The notes under the pieces are model-generated. The model made no database searches. It was not told the DNA's origin and saw nothing but the letters and a program-made list of their open reading frames with translations. From NCBI RefSeq assembly GCF_006345805.1, contig NC_042999.1, positions 76,384,001 through 76,448,000 of the forward strand: a stretch of 64,000 bases of DNA. The letters run 5' to 3'. Source of the DNA: Octopus sinensis (lineage: Eukaryota). Every line of letters begins with the position of its first letter. Position 1 is the first letter of the stretch. This document shows, one piece after another, positions 56,621 to 64,000 of this stretch. The position numbers and the translations under genes were made by a program.

Positions 56621-57864
56621 GTATTTATTTATTGCTTGTATTTTGCGAAGAGGGTGAACATTCTAGGTTATTGCTGTTAATGTGTTCTGTGTATGAATGT
56701 GTTTATGTATATTTGTGAGTGTGTGTGTGTGTGAGAGCATGTATGTGCGTGCGTTAGCTTGTGTTTCTCCTTGTGTTTGAGTGTTATTTATTTATTAGTA
56801 TGTTATTGTTACAGCCACTCTGATAGCCCCCTTATGAAATATGATATTAACAGACATTTCACGAAGCGTATTTTGGAATTCGAATGGGAAGTCAGGTGCC
56901 TTTGAACTCTTGTGCATTATGTTGGTATTATAATGTAAAGGTAGGAAGAATATAACTATAATAGCTCATCTATTTTTTTCTTTCTTTCCCTTTTCCTATA
57001 GGAACCACCACCACCATCACATGTAGCAATGCACCCATCACATCCTATCATCTTTACGAAATCTATCAACGCGAATGTTACCACAACACACTCAACCAAC
57101 ATCAACAACATTGAAAACAACGAAATGTAAAAAAAAAAAAAAGCAACAGAAAATCCATATATTTATCGCGGAGATAAGCATAGCCATAGGAAAAGATTGG
57201 AAGAATAGGGCAGAAAGAAAGCAAAAAAAAAATCAAAAACAGAACAAAGAAACAGAAACAAATCGAAAACTTTTCAATGCTAACACACATATCAGAGACC
57301 AGGAGCGATAATGTTTTAGCACTGTATGAAAAGTATTGCATGAATACAGAGAAAGGTGGGTGTGCACGCGTGTATGTGTATGTATGTGCACATATATACA
57401 TATATATACACATATATACACAGACCCATAGATACAGTGGCAGACACACGCACGCATATGTACATTGAAAGATGCAGGTGCAAATATAAATATACATTTA
57501 TATATACACGTTTTCACAGACGCACATGTGTACCAACATATACATACCTATATATATATATACAAGAAAGTCTGTATATCTAGTAATATACATATCTATA
57601 TACACATACATACATATACACCCACGAAATATATATATAGTTACACTCAAATGTGCATATATATGTGTGCATTGCGTATGTATTTATGCATGTACATCTA
57701 TGGAGATGTTTGGATGCGTTTGCATGTGAAAATATAAGTATACAGTGTTACTTCACAGATTGTATTCGAATATGTGAACTATTACCTCATCCATAGCTAC
57801 CCTTTTTCGTTTATATATATATATGTATGTATGTATGTATATATATATATATATTATATATATA

Positions 57865-57898
<34 letters not shown>

Positions 57899-58279
57899 CA
57901 TATATACATATGTAGAACTGTACATATATGTATGTGCACCGGTGTTTATGTGTGTATCTTTATGTGCATATGTATACTGTATATGTGTAAATATAATTTT
58001 GTGACCGCTTATAATTGTGTATGGGTCACTTACACAATTATAAAGACAGAAACTAAGTATTTAATAAACATGTTGTGTGTATTTGTTTATTGTCATATAA
58101 AATTTCTTACTGTCGCTACTGGGAGACTCTCATTCTGAAGGCGTTCGGCAATATGATTATAAAGACTCAATAATTAGTGAATATTATAATTATATATCTT
58201 ATTGTAGTTAAAACGGAGTGACCAAAAAAAAATAGTGAACACCAGGAAAACTTTTTTTAAATATTACAAATTTCGGATG

Positions 58280-60081
<1,802 letters not shown>

Positions 60082-61225
60082 AGAAAAGGAGAAAGTATCT
60101 ACTAAACATATAACACATAAGCATGCATAACATGAAACATAAGATCGATAATTGAGCGTATAATTCTCCCCCGACCACAAGTATTTACACCATTTACCCA
60201 GTGTTATATGATCGTGTTGCTTTTAGATCAAATTTCTTTGATTTTCTCGTCAGTCTTTCTTTTAGAGATAGATATAAAAAAAAAATCATGCATTATAAAA
60301 AGGCTTGTTCCCAGGAAATCTTTGCATCACAAATGTAAGATCGACTGATAGATGAATGAGACGGATGGTGAGACAGACAAACAGGCTGGCGGACATACAT
60401 ACATGCAGAGAGAGGAATAGAGAGAGAGAGAGAGAATGGGTGAGAGAGAGATTGACTGACTGACTAATTGACCGGGTAGAGAGAACGAAAATATCAGATT
60501 AAAAGAAATAGACGCAACGTAAGTAAATTTTCTCAATAGACAGAAACGCCCGCAGCAGAAAACCCGCCTAAACGTTATATATCTCTTGCGTGCATGCATG
60601 TATGCATACATACATACATACATACATACATACATAAATACATACATACATACATACATACATACATACGTACATACATGCAGTTTATGTTTCTACGTTC
60701 GCTGATGGAACTTTTTATGTTTGTTATAACACAGGGAAGCGAAGTTTTGTTGCATTAATACCAGCACTTGTTCTTAACCAATTTGGGCATGCTAAATTAA
60801 AATTTGAAGTTAGTCTTTCTCTGTAAGCTCTAGGTGTTATGCATTACTCTTTTTTTTCTCAAAATTTGGACACCTCTCACATGGAGACGTAACTCATCTG
60901 AAAACTCTATGGCCATACAGTCTTGAAATTAAATTCATATATATATATATGAAGTTATCGCTTTTATCCTTCGAAACGTAGAGTAGATGAAACCTTAGCG
61001 ACTGAAGAAGGGGTTTTTTCGTTGTGTTAACTGTCCTGTACTCCATTTTTTGTTGTTTTTTAAAAAATGTCCTGTTCCTTTGGTTTGTGTCTATGTTTTC
61101 GTCTCTCTATGTGTTCGACGTCCCTTTGGTGTCCTGTACTCATATATGCGTGTATATGTACATGTAGAGGTAGGTACGTACATATATGTTTATATATATG
61201 CATATGTTTTATTTCTTTTATTAAC

Positions 61226-61285
<60 letters not shown>

Positions 61286-61295
61286 TGTGTGTGTG

Positions 61296-61545
61296 TGAAG
61301 GCGCATGGCTTAGTGGTTATGATGTTGCACTCACGATTGCGATATGGTCGTTCTGAGTATTAGACCGGGCGTTGCATTGTGTTCTTGAGTAAAGCACTTC
61401 ATTTCACGTTGCTTTATGAACATTTCGTCATCTGACATGTGGCACATGGTGCACCTGTACATGTAATGTCGATTTCATGGAGGGAGTGAGCTTATGTGAA
61501 CACAAGCATTAGGCCACTATAAACAAATCTCTGTGTGGTCAAACG
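61296..61545 (+). mobile_element. tRNA/CORE-like SINE (family C')
   Basis: gaaggcgcatggcttagtggttatgatgttgcactcacg...ttgtgttcttgagtaaagcac...gtgcacctg. Confidence 0.85.
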
Positions 61546-61735
61546 GCAGGTGAGTCCTGCTACCCTAAGATTTATTAATTAATGCTAAAAGGATTTTTTT
61601 GGCTAATTTTGAAAGAAAATCGGCAGTTATATTTACTGCTGAAAAACCGCGCGTGCGTGGTGGATGTTGAAAAGTTATAGCATATTGACTCGAGGTATGG
61701 TCCTTATCGCCTCATGCCTATATGTTAGCCTTGGC

Positions 61736-61824
61736 TTCCTGCTGAAGATGGCAACGCCAGTTGTAAAGTAAAATAATGTTATTTTATTTACAGAAGATTG
61801 CCGAAACTATGCATAGTCCAGGAA
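61736..61824 (+). ncRNA. Type I hammerhead ribozyme with extended helix II and palindromic helix III
   Basis: Helix I ttcctg/caggaa; core CUGAAGA 61742-61748; helix II ggcaa/ttgcc; GAAA 61803-61806; helix III ctatgcatag; UC cleavage site 61817-61818. Confidence 0.75.
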
Positions 61825-62369
61825 AGATAGGGTAAACATTTTTATTTCTCTTTCCCTTTCAGAATTACAACTATAAGTGGTTTAGAGTTTAACTGCTCTT
61901 TCTAGTGAGTCAGATGTCCTATTATGGTCGTCTCTTATGTGTTTAAATAAATGTATATATATATATATATAGGCATGAAAAACTCATCGAGATATACAAA
62001 GACGAAGGCTAACCAGGGAGCACGCGTCTACATATCTCCTACATTTGATAGGCGTCCGATATGAAAGGGTCTTTCAACCTTATATTTTCATGTTAAGGTT
62101 TATAGCTTTATGCATATGCTTCGTGATATGCTATTTCAAAAACAAGAATTATTTCACGTTCTCTCGAAAGTTTCTAAAATGTTTGTGACGTCAACAAAAT
62201 ATATACATACAACTTGTTAGTACCTTTATTTGCGATTTGTCTGGACTAGGTTCCCTACATTTTTAGTCCCACCCCCTCGCTCTCTCTCTCTTTCTAACTC
62301 CCTGCCATCTTTCCGTGTCTTGTTTGGAAATTATCACAGAAGTGTTGAATGTGCATTTAACGATAAGTT

Positions 62370-62900
62370 AAAAATGTTCAGTACAAGGAGTTTGTTATAA
62401 AGGATTTATTATGGATCAAAGTAAAATAACGAAAATTTAAAAAAAAAACAGAAATCTTGCAGAAATTGTGATATTGTCGCTTGGTTACAGAAATGCATTC
62501 GATTCTATTCCTCGCGAAAGACTGCTGGAGTCACCTCAGCTGACAAAAGTACCAGAACCTGCTGTCTTTAATTATACGTGAAAATTGCATAGATGCAAGG
62601 ACATGTTGCTGTTCAAGCCGAATGCATTTACCAATATCAGTGGGAAACCGACAGATCATATTTCACACGCAATTAGAACCGTGTCCTTAAATCTGAGTAA
62701 ACATGCTCCAAGACCCGGGTGTTAAGACTAAATCAATATATCCAGCAGAGAATATATATCAACAATACTTTCGCCGAAGTGTATGAGTATGAAAATAAAA
62801 TTTTCATTTGGATAGCTAAAGATCTTGAGAAGAGACAAGAGATAATAACTGATCCAGATCTCTTTGCAATGGAAGTTGAAGCATAATTTTTGTTACAGCA
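62370..62900 (+). mobile_element. Decayed RLE-type (R4/Dong-like) RT fragment
   Basis: From ~62480 one frame reads YRNAFDSIPRERLLESPQLTKVPEP, preceded (frameshifted) by a tattgtcgcttgg 'AW' segment; cf. AWxDYKKAYDSVPHxW. Confidence 0.65.
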
Positions 62901-62935
62901 AGGATACACAGTACGAATATAGTTCACTGAGTAAA

Positions 62936-63330
62936 TTTTTATATATAAAAGTAAGATTGTGTGCTGTCTGTCTCCTACGATTTAGATTCCTAACTACTCT
63001 CACATTTTGCGGTGCAGTTTAACCAAAACCGGGTATCTTATAGTCGTGATTCATATCGAGCCCTTCTGGGTATTAGCGCGCGTCTACGATGAGTCTACGA
63101 TTTTAAAAAAAATTACCATCAATTTTTCCCATTTTTTATGCATTTTTGGCATATATAAGGGAAGTAACTCTCTAAAAATTTATTATTAAATCTCAGAACG
63201 TAAAAAGCTACAGTAACACCTCCCCTTTGTGGTTAGCCATATTGAGATGGCTATTATACTTTACATATCTAAAAATGCTTATATAGTTATTTCCCTTACA
63301 AACCCGAGCAACGCCGGGCGATACTGCTAG
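62936..63330 (+). mobile_element. Non-autonomous Helitron
   Basis: 3' end has a GC hairpin cccgagcaacgccggg (63303-63318), then CTAG (63327-63330) followed by T. 5' end t(t)tatatataaaag resembles TCTATATATAAAA. Confidence 0.8.
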
Positions 63331-63469
63331 TTGTACATAAAATAAAAGCAAAAAGACAGTGGGAACAAGCAACTTGGATGGCCAGACTGATATGCCAAAT
63401 TGGGCTACCATAGTACGGACAAATCTTACAGTAAGTGATAGAAATATTGCCTAAGCAGAAAATTTTAAG

Positions 63470-63920
63470 CCCATTCCTTACCTAAGTATTGTTTACAAAC
63501 TTTGCAAAAGCTGTTTCAGCTAAAATCATCGTCTAACAAATTAGGAAGTACTGAGCAAACAGGGGAAAAGGAGAGTGGGAGCTTGTGCACTTAACTTTCC
63601 ATAAATAAGGTTGTATTGCCTGAGAAAGTAAATGTTGTAGAAATCTTGTGACACTGTCGGTTGATTACAGGAAAGCATTCGATTCCGTTCTTCAATGATG
63701 CCTGCTGAAACCACCGAATCTGACAAAAGTGCCAGCTGTCTTAAATGGTGACAGTGAAAGGCTTAACAGGCATACATAACCAAAAAGGTTCAGAATTATA
63801 ATTAAAGGAATATGATTGTTTAAATGTTATAAATGTTTCAAAGGGAATATTCCAAGGAGTCCCTCTATGTGTGAATCTGTTTATTATACCGCATTCAACA
63901 AAGAACTTGAAGAAAAATAC
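63470..63920 (+). mobile_element. Second decayed RLE-type (R4/Dong-like) RT fragment
   Basis: PIPYLSIVYKL...INKVVL...CRNLVTLSVDYRKAFDSV...SKGIFQGVPLCVNLFI (cf. RPITCL / DYRKAFDSVPH / GIFQGDSL). Confidence 0.75.
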
Positions 63921-64000
63921 TCTGCATTTTGGAAAATAATTATACATGATTATATTTTCTACAAATTTCAGGATGCTGATACTATTAACATGAAGTGTAG

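Noticed and set aside
56218-56718. 166-aa poly-H/S/D/Y ORF
   Set aside because: Made of degenerate trinucleotide repeats, with no domain or splice support.
60975-61030. cgaaacg plus ctgaagaagggg, a possible permuted hammerhead
   Set aside because: Helices I and III cannot be formed.

Overview
AT-rich, microsatellite-saturated eukaryotic DNA that looks intronic or intergenic. The SINE families resemble those of octopod cephalopods (inference from pattern recognition, not a database search). No intact host protein-coding gene is supported: most ORF-track entries are translations of (TA)n/(GT)n/(ATAC)n repeats or antisense frames of transposons. Most non-simple sequence resolves into decayed mobile elements: at least four tRNA-derived SINE families, RLE-type (R4/Dong-like), RTE, CR1-group and Penelope-like retroelements, several Tc1/mariner remnants and a non-autonomous Helitron. 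The best signals are RNA-structural: a type I hammerhead ribozyme with an intact core and palindromic helix III (61736-61824), two pre-miRNA-like hairpins (8344-8429, 11228-11309), and a LINE/SINE shared 3' tail with a covarying stem-loop. Also notable are a two-finger C2H2 ORF, a 37-bp micro-inversion inside a SINE and a ~143-bp degenerate tandem array. All alignments and translations were done by eye, so element boundaries are approximate.
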